Positions 1-9,914 of a stretch of DNA of 64,000 nucleotides are shown piece by piece. Below the pieces are notes generated by a model. That model saw only the letters and a list, made by a program, of their open reading frames with translations, did not search any database and was not told the origin of the DNA. This DNA is from an uncultured Clostridia bacterium (GTDB lineage Bacteria > Acidobacteriota > Blastocatellia > UBA7656): positions 2,137 through 66,136 of the forward strand of contig CAYXVU010000004.1 of the NCBI GenBank assembly GCA_964468725.1, given 5' to 3'. The translations under genes were made by a program, and so were the position numbers. Positions within the stretch are counted from its first letter, which is position 1; every line of letters starts with the position of its first letter.

Positions 1-780
1 TTTGACCTTTGCAGCATCTTCGACTGGCGCGTAATGCATTAATTTGTCACGAATCGGTGCGCCGATGAGATTGCCGCGCACGCGTGCGCGAGGTTCCGGG
101 TAACCGATTTCGCCGCGCGCCCGTTTCATAGCTTCTTCACGGGTGGCTTGAGTTTCCGTGTCCCCTAAGACGACCCAACGCGAATCGAAAGCTCCGACCT
201 GACTGACGATGGCTTTGACGCGCGTATCATGCGCCGCCATATAAAAGACGTGCCCGCCGGAATAGCTAGACCCGCGCAGCCCGATGCGATTTTTATCGAC
301 CATCGCCTCGCCCATCGCCCAGTTGATGACATTGAACCAGTCGGCGGTCTGTTCGATGGGGTCAATGTATTCGCGCAACTCTTCGACCTGTGCCGTATAG
401 CGACGACCTTCTCGCTTTTCCGGCGGCGCGGTGAGAAGGATGCGACCATCGCTCTGCCCCCAACCGCGATAGTCGAAGGTCACGACCAGATAACCGGCAT
501 TGGCCAGTTGCACAGCGTCCCACCGAAAGTTCGCCGCCGTGCCGCCCCATCCGTGCGCCATGATGATGGTTGGCAGCGGTTTGCCCGTCAAAGTTTTCAG
601 CGAGAAGAGTTCCGCAGTCAGGCGCACACCTTCGCTCATGATATTGGCGGTGCGAAATTCGATATTGTCGGGCGCTTTGTACGATTGCGCCGAAGTCGGT
701 TGTTGCGCGCAGATCGGGGTAGACGTGCCAATCAGCGAAAGGCAAATGAAAATCAGCGTAATCACATATTTTTTTTGCAA
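1..780 (-). CDS. Exported alpha/beta-fold hydrolase, 3' end runs off the window; absent from the ORF track
   Basis: Manual translation gives 260 stop-free codons from TTG at 780, with AGGAGG RBS upstream. It has a signal-peptide-like N-terminus (QKKYVITLIFICLSLIG), oxyanion motif HGWGG, FDYRGWGQSDG and nucleophile elbow GLRGSSYSGG. Confidence 0.9.
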   Translation of the reverse strand, partial: MQKKYVITLIFICLSLIGTSTPICAQQPTSAQSYKAPDNIEFRTANIMSEGVRLTAELFSLKTLTGKPLPTIIMAHGWGGTAANFRWDAVQLANAGYLVVTFDYRGWGQSDGRILLTAPPEKREGRRYTAQVEELREYIDPIEQTADWFNVINWAMGEAMVDKNRIGLRGSSYSGGHVFYMAAHDTRVKAIVSQVGAFDSRWVVLGDTETQATREEAMKRARGEIGYPEPRARVRGNLIGAPIRDKLMHYAPVEDAAKVK

Positions 781-817
781 GGCGTTCCTCCTGAGAAAGG
801 TCTGGCAATCAATCAAC

Positions 818-1984
818 TCAATGCAGCCCGCGCCCCATCAGATCAACGAAGTTATCGTGATAGAAACGCTGTTTGGCGCGCTCGCTGACGCGAGTCAAGT
901 TCTGTTCGAATCGTTTGATGGGGTTGCGCCCGCCTTCCACATGGGGATAGTCGGAGGAGAAGAGACAGACATCTTCTCCTGCCTGTTCAATCACCCAACC
1001 AACATCTTCCGTTGGGTAAGGCGTGACGCGCACTTGACGTTGCAGGTATTCGGATGGACGCAGCGAGAGCTTTTGCAAGCGTTCTTCGTGCCGCCCGAAT
1101 GCTTCGAGCGCCGAATCGAGTTGGCGCATCAACCCCGGCAGCCAGGTCGCGCCTTGTTCGATACTACCGAATTTCAAGCGCGGGAATCGCTCCATCACAC
1201 CATCAATAACCAACGTCGCAAGCGTCTGCGCAACCGGTACGGGTATGGCCATATAATCTACTGAACGAAAGTTTTCGTCACCTCCATGAAAGTCTTTCAC
1301 CGGCGGCAAACCATTTTCAAAGTAATCGGGATTGAGCAACTTCCCTCCCCCGCCGACGTGCATCACAATGGGCAGTCCGGCTTCTTCCGCTTGCCGCCAG
1401 ACGGCATCGAGTTGGAGATGACTGGGCGAGTGCCCTTTTGGGCAGGCAGACGCAATCAGCAGGGCTTTTGCACCTGCGGCGATGGCTTCGCCGATAAAGG
1501 CAGCAGCGCGTTCACAATCCATCAGCGGGACATAGCAAGTCGGCAACAGACGGCGGTCTGCCGAACAAAAATCGAGCATGGCGCGATTATGTGCCCGCGC
1601 CACGCCATAGGTCAGTTCGACATCATCTCCATGTTCGAGCCGCACCATATAACTATTCCAAAAGGTATTGAAGACCAACTGGCTTTTGAAACCGAGTAGG
1701 TCGAGCGCCAGCGAGCGATCCGCTTTCAAAAATGCGCCCGTCGCCTGCCAGTTTTTTCGCGCCATCAATTCGGCAGCATCGCGGGCGCGATATTCGGGAT
1801 CGGCCTGATTGCGAAGAAAGGCGGGAAAATCTTCTAAGATGTGATGTACGCCAATGGCATTGAAGAAGTAATGTGGATCAATGCGCTCACGAATGTTCGG
1901 GTCAGCAAAGTCGTGCAGCATCGTCGGCGTCTCCATCAAATGCGAATCGGCATCGTGAATGGCTCGCGTTCCGGCATAGGTCAT
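818..1984 (-). CDS. Amidohydrolase_2 family metal-dependent hydrolase/decarboxylase
   Basis: N-terminal HDADSH metal motif, VMHVGGG and FSSDYPH. Start placed at MTYAG (1984) after a GGAGG RBS; the ORF track starts at 2035. Confidence 0.85.
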   Translation of the reverse strand: MTYAGTRAIHDADSHLMETPTMLHDFADPNIRERIDPHYFFNAIGVHHILEDFPAFLRNQADPEYRARDAAELMARKNWQATGAFLKADRSLALDLLGFKSQLVFNTFWNSYMVRLEHGDDVELTYGVARAHNRAMLDFCSADRRLLPTCYVPLMDCERAAAFIGEAIAAGAKALLIASACPKGHSPSHLQLDAVWRQAEEAGLPIVMHVGGGGKLLNPDYFENGLPPVKDFHGGDENFRSVDYMAIPVPVAQTLATLVIDGVMERFPRLKFGSIEQGATWLPGLMRQLDSALEAFGRHEERLQKLSLRPSEYLQRQVRVTPYPTEDVGWVIEQAGEDVCLFSSDYPHVEGGRNPIKRFEQNLTRVSERAKQRFYHDNFVDLMGRGLH

Positions 1985-2066
1985 CGGCGATTTCCTCCAC
2001 TCTTTCGTAAAGATGTAGCTAACGGTTCCCACCATTCCGATTCATCCGATTGATCGCCGCACCTGC

Positions 2067-2945
2067 TTACTGCGATTCAATCAACTCGATGGCGATGGCA
2101 TCCGGCCCCTCAATCACTGCTGCGCGTTGTTTGCTTTTCCCGAAGCGATGGGAATCTTCGAGCACTCTCACTCCGGCTTTTCGCAAAGCGTCGAGGGTTA
2201 TCGAAAGGTCTGTGACGCTCAGGGCAATGTGATCAACAACCTGTCCGCGTGAGCTAACCAACCTCCCGGCTTGCTGGCGCGGATAGATAATCAGGCTGAT
2301 GTTGCCGAAGCGCACGGTTGCAGCCGGTGCGCGAATCACATTGAGCGGTTGGCTCGGCGCAGCAAATGGAACCTCACACGGGATGGTCGGTGAGGCACGG
2401 CGAGTCGCTCCCAGATGTTTCACATACCAATCGGCGGCGCACAACGGCGCTTCGCTGTAGAGATGCACGTGCAAGAAGGCCTGCGTGCTGGCCGTATTAA
2501 TCTCTACCAGCGCGCCATCGGGCGCTTTCATATAGGCAAACAACAGCCCGGAATTGAGCTTCGTGATTGGCGTGTGAAACGTAACGCCGTTGGCGAGATG
2601 TCTTTGATATTCGGATTCCATCGCCGTGCTCCCCCACCCGAAATGCCAGATCGCACTCGTGGGGGAGATCGCAGGCGGTTGCTTCACTCGGTTAAAAAGG
2701 AGATACAGACTTTCGCTCTGCACGGCAACAAAGCCTGCGATTTCGGTCGCCTTCGTCACAGCGAAGGTTCGCGTATAAAAATTTATGGCTTGTGCCGGAG
2801 CCACAGAGTTTAGGTGTACATGATGAAAACGGACATCGCTGGCAGATTGTGCTAAGTTTGGGGAGACAGATAACCCGCAGAGTAAAGTGCCAATCCCGTA
2901 TCCCAACAAGAGCACGAAGTTTTGTTCTATGCGTCGTCGCCTCAC
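2067..2945 (-). CDS. Exported two-module VOC/glyoxalase family protein
   Basis: Repeated VOC motifs FHHVHL, WHFGW, LHVHL, DHIALSV and terminal IELIE, plus a hydrophobic signal-like N-terminus. Confidence 0.8.
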   Translation of the reverse strand: MRRRRIEQNFVLLLGYGIGTLLCGLSVSPNLAQSASDVRFHHVHLNSVAPAQAINFYTRTFAVTKATEIAGFVAVQSESLYLLFNRVKQPPAISPTSAIWHFGWGSTAMESEYQRHLANGVTFHTPITKLNSGLLFAYMKAPDGALVEINTASTQAFLHVHLYSEAPLCAADWYVKHLGATRRASPTIPCEVPFAAPSQPLNVIRAPAATVRFGNISLIIYPRQQAGRLVSSRGQVVDHIALSVTDLSITLDALRKAGVRVLEDSHRFGKSKQRAAVIEGPDAIAIELIESQ

Positions 2946-3072
2946 GTCTGTCTGCTCCGTCTCGAATCATTCGTACTGGGTGCGAATTGGCAATGCTCTC
3001 GACTCTGACTCGCTTTCAACTGAGGATCAAGGTCATCCGCTAATGACCATCTAAACATCTGAAATTGCTGCG

Positions 3073-3101
3073 TTGCCTGACGATGCCAATTTCACTATAC
3101 T
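3073..3101 (+). promoter_or_regulatory. Putative sigma70 promoter of the TPP-enzyme operon
   Basis: TTGCCT (3073-3078), 17-nt spacer, TATACT (3096-3101), lying about 160 nt upstream of ATG 3264. Confidence 0.5.
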
Positions 3102-3141
3102 TACCGCGCGGTAGGCAAGTAATCCATCAATTTTTTAACCG

Positions 3142-3157
3142 TTTTGTTTAAACAAAA
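3142..3157. promoter_or_regulatory. Perfect 16-bp palindrome TTTTGTTTAAACAAAA, candidate operator
   Basis: Self-complementary sequence in the divergent VOC/TPP intergenic region, about 40 nt downstream of the putative -10. Confidence 0.4.
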
Positions 3158-3263
3158 TTTCCGATGGGCGCGAACTCTTTTGTCGGATCACCGAGAATGG
3201 GAAGACCCGCCATTGGGCGACCAGGCTCACTCAGCCCAGCACAAGACAAGACGAAGGAGAGAG

Positions 3264-5210
3264 ATGAAAAGCAATAAAAAGAGCGCAGCAACTCAAACCG
3301 ATACGTCCAGAAGAAAGTTTATAACGAAAGCAATGGCGAGTGCGGGCGCAACCACGTTAATGGCCATCAGCCAAAGTGACACGGTTGCGGCTGAAGATGC
3401 AGTTCAAAAAGCTATTAGAATTCCTGACGAATTCGCACAGGCAGCGCAGACGACGACTCCGCCCGTCAACTTCCCGATGACCGGCGCGCAGGTCTTCGCT
3501 CGAATCTGCAAAGAAGAAGGGCTGGCGGCGTTATTTTGTTGTCCCGGCAATTACAGTGTCGTCAACGCCATCGCTCAAGAAGGCATTCCGACCTACTCCG
3601 GGCGGCATGAAGGCGCAATGTGCCACGCTGCCGACGCATTCTGCCGCGTGACCGGAGAAGTCGCCGCCGCATCCGGCACCGAAGGCCCCGGCTTCACAGA
3701 CATGATTTGCGCGATTGCCGCTGCCAATGCGGCGCGCTCTCCGGTTCTCGTGCTGGCTTCCAACATGTCATTGTTCACCGAAGACACGGAAGCCGGTATT
3801 CAGCTCGGTTATCAACAACCGACTACCGAAGGACTAAAGAAGTATGGCAAGCGACTGATCAATCCCTCGCGCATACACGAGTATGGCGCGTATGCCTTTC
3901 GGCAACTGCGCTCCGGCGTTCCTCGCCCAGTCCACATAGATTTTCCGAGCGAAGTCTATCGCGCCCAATTCAAAACCGCAGGCGATCTGGCTTATTACTA
4001 TGACAAAGCCAAATATCGCACATCTGCGAAACCGTATCCGGGACCGAAAGAGCTACAAGCCGCGATTGCTCTGCTCAAGCAAGCCGTGCGACCCATCATC
4101 GTTTCCAGCAACGGAGTCTTCTACAGTCGCGCATGGGAAGCATTAAAGGCGTTAGCCGAAAAAGCAGATATTCCGGTCGTCGAATCCGGCGCGATGAAAG
4201 GGCAATTCTCCGACGCCCATCCGCTGTCAGCCAACGCAGCGCCGAGCGCGTTGGCGAGCGCCGATGTCGTCATATTGGTCGGTCAGTATTGCATGCCGAC
4301 GGTCGGCGAATTCGCATTCGGGCCGGATGCGAAATACATTCGCATTGACCCTTGTGCCGAAGACATCGGTCGCAATCTGCCGATTGATGTCGGCATCGTG
4401 AGTTGTGAAAAGGCTGCTCTCGAAGCGCTCGCCGAAACGATGCCAGCAATGAAACATGAAGCGTGGGTTGCAGAGATTGCCGCCGCACGGCAAAAGTTTG
4501 AAGACGAGCTAGACAGCTTCTATAAAATTGGCATGGGCTACGCGGATGCGGTTCATCCGGCAGTGATCGCAAAAGAATTGAGCAATTTTATGTACCGAGG
4601 CAAATTGCCAAAAGAGCAGACGACCTTTGTCTCCGGCGGCTATGGCATTGCTCGTTACGTTCGTCGCTGGCTGCGCGGCTATCGCCCCGGTCAAATCCTC
4701 AACGGCGCTTATCAATATGGAGCGATTGGCCCGGATATCGGCTATGCATTCGGAGCCAGCGTAGCAGTACAAAACGGCATCAGTGTTCAAGCTCCCTACA
4801 AAGGCGCGCCTGTGATTGCGGTTACTGGTGATGCGGGATTCGGTTATACAGCGATGGACTTGGAGACAGCTTCAAAGTATCGCATGCCGATGATCGTCAT
4901 CGTCTACAACAACAATGCATGGGGAACATGGACAGGCAATCGCCGAGACCCGCGCGCATTGAGTCTGCATCTGTTTCAAGAGAACGTGCGGTATGACAAA
5001 GTGGGTGAAGCTCTCGGCGCGCACGGCGAATACGTAACCAGACCACAAGATTTCCGACCGGCGCTTGAACGCTGTTATCAGCTTGCGGTCAAAGAGCGCC
5101 GACCTTCGGTAATCAATTGCCAGGCGAAAAAAGAGTTTTGGATTAGAGAACAATTCCCACCCGGTTTTCTCGGAACCATTGAACCGGGCTGTATGTCTTA
5201 CAATCACTAA
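3264..5210 (+). CDS. Thiamine pyrophosphate-dependent enzyme (acetolactate synthase / 2-hydroxyacyl-CoA lyase / oxalyl-CoA decarboxylase superfamily) with twin-arginine leader
   Basis: Catalytic RHE (GRHEGAM) and TPP motif GDAGFG...YNNNAWG. N-terminal SRRKFI plus a hydrophobic stretch. AAGGAG RBS before ATG 3264. Confidence 0.88.
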   Translation: MKSNKKSAATQTDTSRRKFITKAMASAGATTLMAISQSDTVAAEDAVQKAIRIPDEFAQAAQTTTPPVNFPMTGAQVFARICKEEGLAALFCCPGNYSVVNAIAQEGIPTYSGRHEGAMCHAADAFCRVTGEVAAASGTEGPGFTDMICAIAAANAARSPVLVLASNMSLFTEDTEAGIQLGYQQPTTEGLKKYGKRLINPSRIHEYGAYAFRQLRSGVPRPVHIDFPSEVYRAQFKTAGDLAYYYDKAKYRTSAKPYPGPKELQAAIALLKQAVRPIIVSSNGVFYSRAWEALKALAEKADIPVVESGAMKGQFSDAHPLSANAAPSALASADVVILVGQYCMPTVGEFAFGPDAKYIRIDPCAEDIGRNLPIDVGIVSCEKAALEALAETMPAMKHEAWVAEIAAARQKFEDELDSFYKIGMGYADAVHPAVIAKELSNFMYRGKLPKEQTTFVSGGYGIARYVRRWLRGYRPGQILNGAYQYGAIGPDIGYAFGASVAVQNGISVQAPYKGAPVIAVTGDAGFGYTAMDLETASKYRMPMIVIVYNNNAWGTWTGNRRDPRALSLHLFQENVRYDKVGEALGAHGEYVTRPQDFRPALERCYQLAVKERRPSVINCQAKKEFWIREQFPPGFLGTIEPGCMSYNH

Positions 5211-5293
5211 AAGCGGTTGGCAGTCAACCGTCAAAGATTGACGGTGGTGACAAAGAGACGAGAAACGGCGGCCATCATAAAGGGACTGACAAA

Positions 5294-5755
5294 ATGGCAA
5301 AGGGTTCTCTGCAAATCGTCAGAGATATATTGCAAGAGTATGCAGATCGCGGCATCTTTCGCGGCTTTGCGGAAAACAGAAGCGGACAATTCCAGTTCGT
5401 CTGGCTGCACCAACATCAGATGCATTTGCGCGCTGACACCGCAATGCACACATTGCGATTTGCTGGCCTGTTCCCCGCAATCACCGCACGTTCGCAGATG
5501 TACGCGGAATTAAAACGCTATATTCAAGAGCGACACGACCGTGCGGTTCCGGAGCATCGGCGCGTTGACCGGCGGCGAGCTGAAGTCACCTGCTCGAATC
5601 GTAACGCTTCCGTTTCGATCATTCTCACGGTGAAGAATCGGCAGTATGCTTACGGCGTAAAAAAGATTGTCAACCTCGTGCATGACATCTTCTTGCATCT
5701 GCGCGATGTGTACCCCGAATACTTAATGGAGAATTTCGATGTTCCACAAGAATAA
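5294..5755 (+). CDS. Hypothetical protein, 153 aa
   Basis: ATG start, co-directional in the TPP/cytochrome operon, protein-like composition, no family recognised. Confidence 0.7.
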   Translation: MAKGSLQIVRDILQEYADRGIFRGFAENRSGQFQFVWLHQHQMHLRADTAMHTLRFAGLFPAITARSQMYAELKRYIQERHDRAVPEHRRVDRRRAEVTCSNRNASVSIILTVKNRQYAYGVKKIVNLVHDIFLHLRDVYPEYLMENFDVPQE

Positions 5756-6176
5756 CTTTTCGAGGGCGCAGCGATGGCTTGCCACAACTGTAAGCATCAG
5801 CTTTGTCATGGTGTTCGCAATCATCTGCAGCGCCACTCCTCGAATGCTGCAAGCCCGACGCAACGCCGAAGCGCAGAAACTCAAAAATCCCCTTCCCGCT
5901 GATGCCGAATCCATCGAAGCCGGAAAGCTACTCTATAAACGCCATTGCGCTTCTTGTCATGGCCCGCAGGCCAAAGGCGATGGCGGGATGTCCCTATCCG
6001 GCGGCACGCCTTCCGATTTGACGGATGAGACCTGGGATTACGGGTCAACAGATGGCGAAATTTTCATTGCGATTCGGGATGGCGTATCGGCTGATATGCT
6101 AGCCTACAAAGAAAAACTGAGTGAAAAACAGATCTGGCAGGTAGTCAGTTTTTTGCGCTCACTGGCTTCGAAATGA
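5739..6176 (+). CDS. Exported monoheme c-type cytochrome
   Basis: CASCH heme motif, downstream PSDLT and a distal Met (ADMLAY), with an N-terminal hydrophobic signal. Exact start uncertain. Confidence 0.88.
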   Translation: MFHKNNFSRAQRWLATTVSISFVMVFAIICSATPRMLQARRNAEAQKLKNPLPADAESIEAGKLLYKRHCASCHGPQAKGDGGMSLSGGTPSDLTDETWDYGSTDGEIFIAIRDGVSADMLAYKEKLSEKQIWQVVSFLRSLASK

Positions 6177-6202
6177 AATAACAAGTCAGTGAGATCAAGC
6201 AA

Positions 6203-7183
6203 TCACCCTTGTGATCTCGGTTTGGATCGTTTCCCCAACGTCGCGCTTGTAGCAATGGGGCGACCGCGACGTTGGCCTTCCTGATACCATCGCCTACCCG
6301 TCTTATACTCTTCTTCTGTGCGTTCTAAAAATGCAAGCGAACGTTGCGGTTCGATATGCGCGCAGGCAACGAGAATCGCATTGATCAAAGCAAGCGGCGC
6401 AACATATGACCCGGTCGCCGAAGGGCTGGCAATCGTAGTCAATAAATAATCATCGGTATTCAAGGCAATGGGCGTCGTATCGCTGTCGGTAATCCCATAG
6501 GTAGGCACACCGCGTTCGCGCGCTCGCAACACCGATTCAACCGTGTCGCGCAAACAGCGTCCGAAACTGATGCCGATGACCAAATCTTTACTGGTTAAGA
6601 CATCAACCTTATGTTGGAGGTTCCCCGTGCTGGCGGTGGGCGCTTCGGAGTCGAACCCGAGTGCCGTCAGACTGTAAGCTAAAAACCATGCAAGCGTCGC
6701 CGCCAAATCAACCCCTACGACAACGATGCGCCGCGTGCGATGGATGAGTTTCGCAAGCTCAATCACTCGATTGGTGTCGAGTGTGGATATGAGAAGCTGA
6801 AGGTTTTCCGATTCTCTATCGAGGCTTTTTCGAACATGATCAACGGGGCTGCGCTTCTCGCGCGCCGTCGCTTTCATAATCGTATAAGGCGTAATGCGCG
6901 TAACGAAATGGCGTCGCAAATCCGCAGCGAAATCGGCAAACTTCTCATACCCTAAGACCTGTATCGTTCGCACAATCGTCGCCGCATCTACGTTGTAGCG
7001 CCTTGCCATTTCGCGTGAAGAGAGGAAATAGTTCTCTTCCGGATTATTCAAAATCTCGCGCAGCAGTTCACGTCGTCGCTCATTGAGTTGAGATTGCGAC
7101 TGTGCGAATCGCACCTCTAACGTTGTGGGCGAAGAGCCTGGTTGATTCTCTTCCGTAGTCATCGGAGGGACTCTGCCAGCCAT
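6203..7183 (-). CDS. MurR/RpiR family transcriptional regulator (HTH + SIS domain)
   Basis: HTH segment SSREMARRYNVDAATIVRTIQVLGYEKF and SIS segment DLVIGISFGR...GITDSDTTPIA. AAGGAG RBS before ATG 7183. Confidence 0.92.
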   Translation of the reverse strand: MAGRVPPMTTEENQPGSSPTTLEVRFAQSQSQLNERRRELLREILNNPEENYFLSSREMARRYNVDAATIVRTIQVLGYEKFADFAADLRRHFVTRITPYTIMKATAREKRSPVDHVRKSLDRESENLQLLISTLDTNRVIELAKLIHRTRRIVVVGVDLAATLAWFLAYSLTALGFDSEAPTASTGNLQHKVDVLTSKDLVIGISFGRCLRDTVESVLRARERGVPTYGITDSDTTPIALNTDDYLLTTIASPSATGSYVAPLALINAILVACAHIEPQRSLAFLERTEEEYKTGRRWYQEGQRRGRPIATSATLGKRSKPRSQG

Positions 7184-7274
7184 ACCCTTACTCCTTCTCA
7201 TAGGTTGTTATCAGGCGCTTTTAAATTTCAACCGATGTTATTGTAGTTGAGTTGTATACGCCATATCCGCCAAG

Positions 7275-9704
7275 CTATTTCCCGAGACTTTCAAATGTTG
7301 CCGTCCCGATGCGATATCTGCGCCACTCTCGAAAATCGAAATGCCACCATTCGGCTTCATAAACAGTGAAGCCTTCAGACTCCATTGCCCGCCGCAGCAA
7401 TTCACGATGCCAACGTTGCAGCGACGTACCACCAGGATAATTCGGGTAGGCGCGGTCTGTCGTCTCGTCATACGTGCTTACCATATCAACCGGTTTGCCG
7501 GTTTGCAGATTGTAAAGCGAAAGATCAACGGCACAGCCCCGATTGTGTCGCGAACCTTGAGCGGGGTTGGCGACAAAGATTTTCTTGTCATCAGGGGTCG
7601 CCTCCCAAAATACTTTCGTCACGTACCAAGGGCGGTAGCCATCGTGAATGAGCAGACCATAACCTTGCTTCTTCAGATTTCGGTGGGCGCGCACTAATGC
7701 CTGCGCCGCCGGACGTTGTAAAAACGCACGGGCTTGCGAATAGAAGACCGAGTTCAAAAAATTGTCAGTTGTCGCATAGCGCACATCAAGTTTGATCGTC
7801 GCATCAAGTTTGGTAAGCTCAACCAAATCGGAAGGAAGAAATTCGCCCGACTCCTGCGGTGGAGTGGCTCTGAGAGCCTCTTTCAACAGGTCTCTTACAG
7901 GTCGCACCGGACTGATTTTGAGTTGTTTGGCCCCCTCTTCCGGGCCAACGGCGCGACGCGTAAAGACGACACTAGCGGCTTCGACCTCGGTTGCGCGACC
8001 CAATCGGTCGCGTTTGAAGACCAATTTCTCGCCGTGATATAAGCCACGATCAGGAAATCGAAAAGTGTTTTCCGAGACTTGCTCTAACGGGTCAAATTCA
8101 TACCACTCAATCAAAGCCCATAGCTTGCCGTCTTTTTCAAATATGTACAACACATTGTGATCCCATCCGTATTCACCGACCAGTCCTTTGAGCGAAGCTG
8201 AAACCGGCAGCGGTTTGCCTATCGCTACCCGTTTGAAAGTTCGACGGTCAATGACGAGATCATCTCCCTGCACGCTGATTTTGATTCCGAAGCCGGTTCG
8301 ATCATCAACGATCAGACCGTTTCCATCGGCGCGCAGTCGAACCTGCCCGCCGGTCGAGTGATCGAGCATCGAAAGAGTTCCGTGATGCTCTTGCAATTCA
8401 ATCACCTCCTTACCGTTTTCATACCGGCCCGCCAATCGGCGCGCAAGTTCGGCTTCTAGGGGTTGGGAGATGGGAGGTTGCGGAATCACTTGCCTTTCAC
8501 GTGCCGCAAGCATCGCAGACAACGCTGCACGCGCAATCTTATCGGTTACGGCATTTGCCGAATCTTTGGTAGTCACCACAATCACGCCGAGTTTGTCATC
8601 CGGCAGCGCCAGCAGCGAAGTGGCGAACCCGTAGATTGCTCCGCCATGACCGATCAACCGATGACCATCCATTTCGTTGACGAAAAACCCAATGCCGAAG
8701 CCGCGTCTTTGTCCTGTTGGGGCAAATTGCGGCGTCCACATTTGCTCAAGCGTTTCGCGCTTCAGCACCGTGCCGCCGCCCGCAAACAAGAGGCTCAAAA
8801 ACCGCCCGAGATCCTGAACAGTCGAATACATACTGCCTGCAGGACTCATGCCGAGTTCGAAAGTCGGTGCGGGAAATACCCGACCGTCGAGCGTCCACAT
8901 ATAGGCTTTCGCCAGTCGCCGGTTGATTTCCGCGCTAGGTTCAAAGCTGCTGTTCGGCATACCGAACGAATCAAGGACGGTTCGTTTGACATACTTGGCA
9001 AAGGGTTCGCCTTGAGTTCGCTCTAACACATAACCGGCTGTCGCAATCGCTGCATTCGAATACTTGGGGCGTTCTTCCGGTTGATAGATCAGCGTCGTCT
9101 GGTTGAGGCTGCCAATCGTTTGCGCAAGCGTTGGCAGGGTCGGATCGAAGTAATGGCCAATGGGAGGCTCGCGAACCAAACCTGACCGATGCGCCATCAA
9201 TTGCCTGAGAGTGATGGCCTTTTGGCTGGTCTGACGCGGGCGAAAATCAGGTAAATAGCGAGTCACAGGTACATCTAAATCGAGTTTCCCCTGTTCAACC
9301 AATTGCATGATGGCGATGTCGGTAAAGAGTTTTGACACCGAACCAACGCGGTAAACAGTCTCATCAGTTGCAGGGATTTTCCGGTCGGGGTCTTGATAGC
9401 CGAAGCCTTTCGCCCAAATAATCTGTTGATCTTCAACCAAGGCAATCGAAAGCGCCGGTAGCTCTTTATCCGTCATTTCATGTCGAATAAAGGATTCAAC
9501 GGATCGAATGGCTGCGGTAGAGGAAGCCGGTGCAGTCTGCGGATGGGTGAGCACGTTCGGCTCGGCGACTCGCGTAACGGTAAAGAGCCCAAAGGTGAAT
9601 AGCAGGATGCCTAGCCTGCTGCCCGCTCGATAAACTCTGCTGCTCCGCGCCCGAATAGGAGCCTCTGATGAATACAGACCTTTTTGATGTTTCATGGTTT
9701 TCAT
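7275..9704 (-). CDS. Fusion of a beta-lactamase-fold serine hydrolase and a C-terminal VanX/DdpX-type (M15) D-Ala-D-Ala dipeptidase
   Basis: Serine hydrolase motifs SVSK, YSN and HGG. C-terminal M15 motifs DGYRPW, SRHNRGCAVD and EAEWWHFD. N-terminal hydrophobic segment. Confidence 0.92.
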   Translation of the reverse strand: MKTMKHQKGLYSSEAPIRARSSRVYRAGSRLGILLFTFGLFTVTRVAEPNVLTHPQTAPASSTAAIRSVESFIRHEMTDKELPALSIALVEDQQIIWAKGFGYQDPDRKIPATDETVYRVGSVSKLFTDIAIMQLVEQGKLDLDVPVTRYLPDFRPRQTSQKAITLRQLMAHRSGLVREPPIGHYFDPTLPTLAQTIGSLNQTTLIYQPEERPKYSNAAIATAGYVLERTQGEPFAKYVKRTVLDSFGMPNSSFEPSAEINRRLAKAYMWTLDGRVFPAPTFELGMSPAGSMYSTVQDLGRFLSLLFAGGGTVLKRETLEQMWTPQFAPTGQRRGFGIGFFVNEMDGHRLIGHGGAIYGFATSLLALPDDKLGVIVVTTKDSANAVTDKIARAALSAMLAARERQVIPQPPISQPLEAELARRLAGRYENGKEVIELQEHHGTLSMLDHSTGGQVRLRADGNGLIVDDRTGFGIKISVQGDDLVIDRRTFKRVAIGKPLPVSASLKGLVGEYGWDHNVLYIFEKDGKLWALIEWYEFDPLEQVSENTFRFPDRGLYHGEKLVFKRDRLGRATEVEAASVVFTRRAVGPEEGAKQLKISPVRPVRDLLKEALRATPPQESGEFLPSDLVELTKLDATIKLDVRYATTDNFLNSVFYSQARAFLQRPAAQALVRAHRNLKKQGYGLLIHDGYRPWYVTKVFWEATPDDKKIFVANPAQGSRHNRGCAVDLSLYNLQTGKPVDMVSTYDETTDRAYPNYPGGTSLQRWHRELLRRAMESEGFTVYEAEWWHFDFREWRRYRIGTATFESLGK

Positions 9705-9808
9705 TGCAAGCTGCCTTGTTCCGACGAGGCTGGCAGCCTTCTCGCGCCCTAGGTGACTAAAACGGCGCTACCATATCATATGCTTAACCGGCGGACAAGA
9801 TACCGGCT

Positions 9809-9860
9809 GCAACGCTTGTTGCCTCATTACTTGACTTCGTGCAACAATCGGTGTATAGAC
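9809..9860 (+). promoter_or_regulatory. Operator-promoter copy 1, upstream of GNAT and divergent from the VanX fusion
   Basis: GCAACGCTTGTTG-N9-TTGACT-17 nt (containing TGCAACAA)-TATAGA, with architecture identical to 10894-10945. Confidence 0.72.
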
Positions 9861-9914
9861 CACTTACTTTGAATTGCAGATGAATGAAAGGAATGTCAGT
9901 AGCCGACGGCGAGC

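Noticed and set aside
362-808. 148-aa minus-strand ORF in the track
   Set aside because: Off-frame shadow of the alpha/beta hydrolase at 1-780, which has clear motifs and an RBS.
229-1264. Plus-strand ORFs 229..888 and 500..1264
   Set aside because: Antisense to well-supported genes and carrying no motifs; typical shadows in a GC-rich genome.
2946-3263. Possible TPP riboswitch upstream of the TPP enzyme
   Set aside because: No CTGAGA / GAACCTGAT..GGATAATGCC..CGTAGG core found.
7275-8100. VanX domain as evidence of a vancomycin-resistance cluster
   Set aside because: No vanA/B ligase, vanH or vanRS is present; the domain is fused and sits in a catabolic context.
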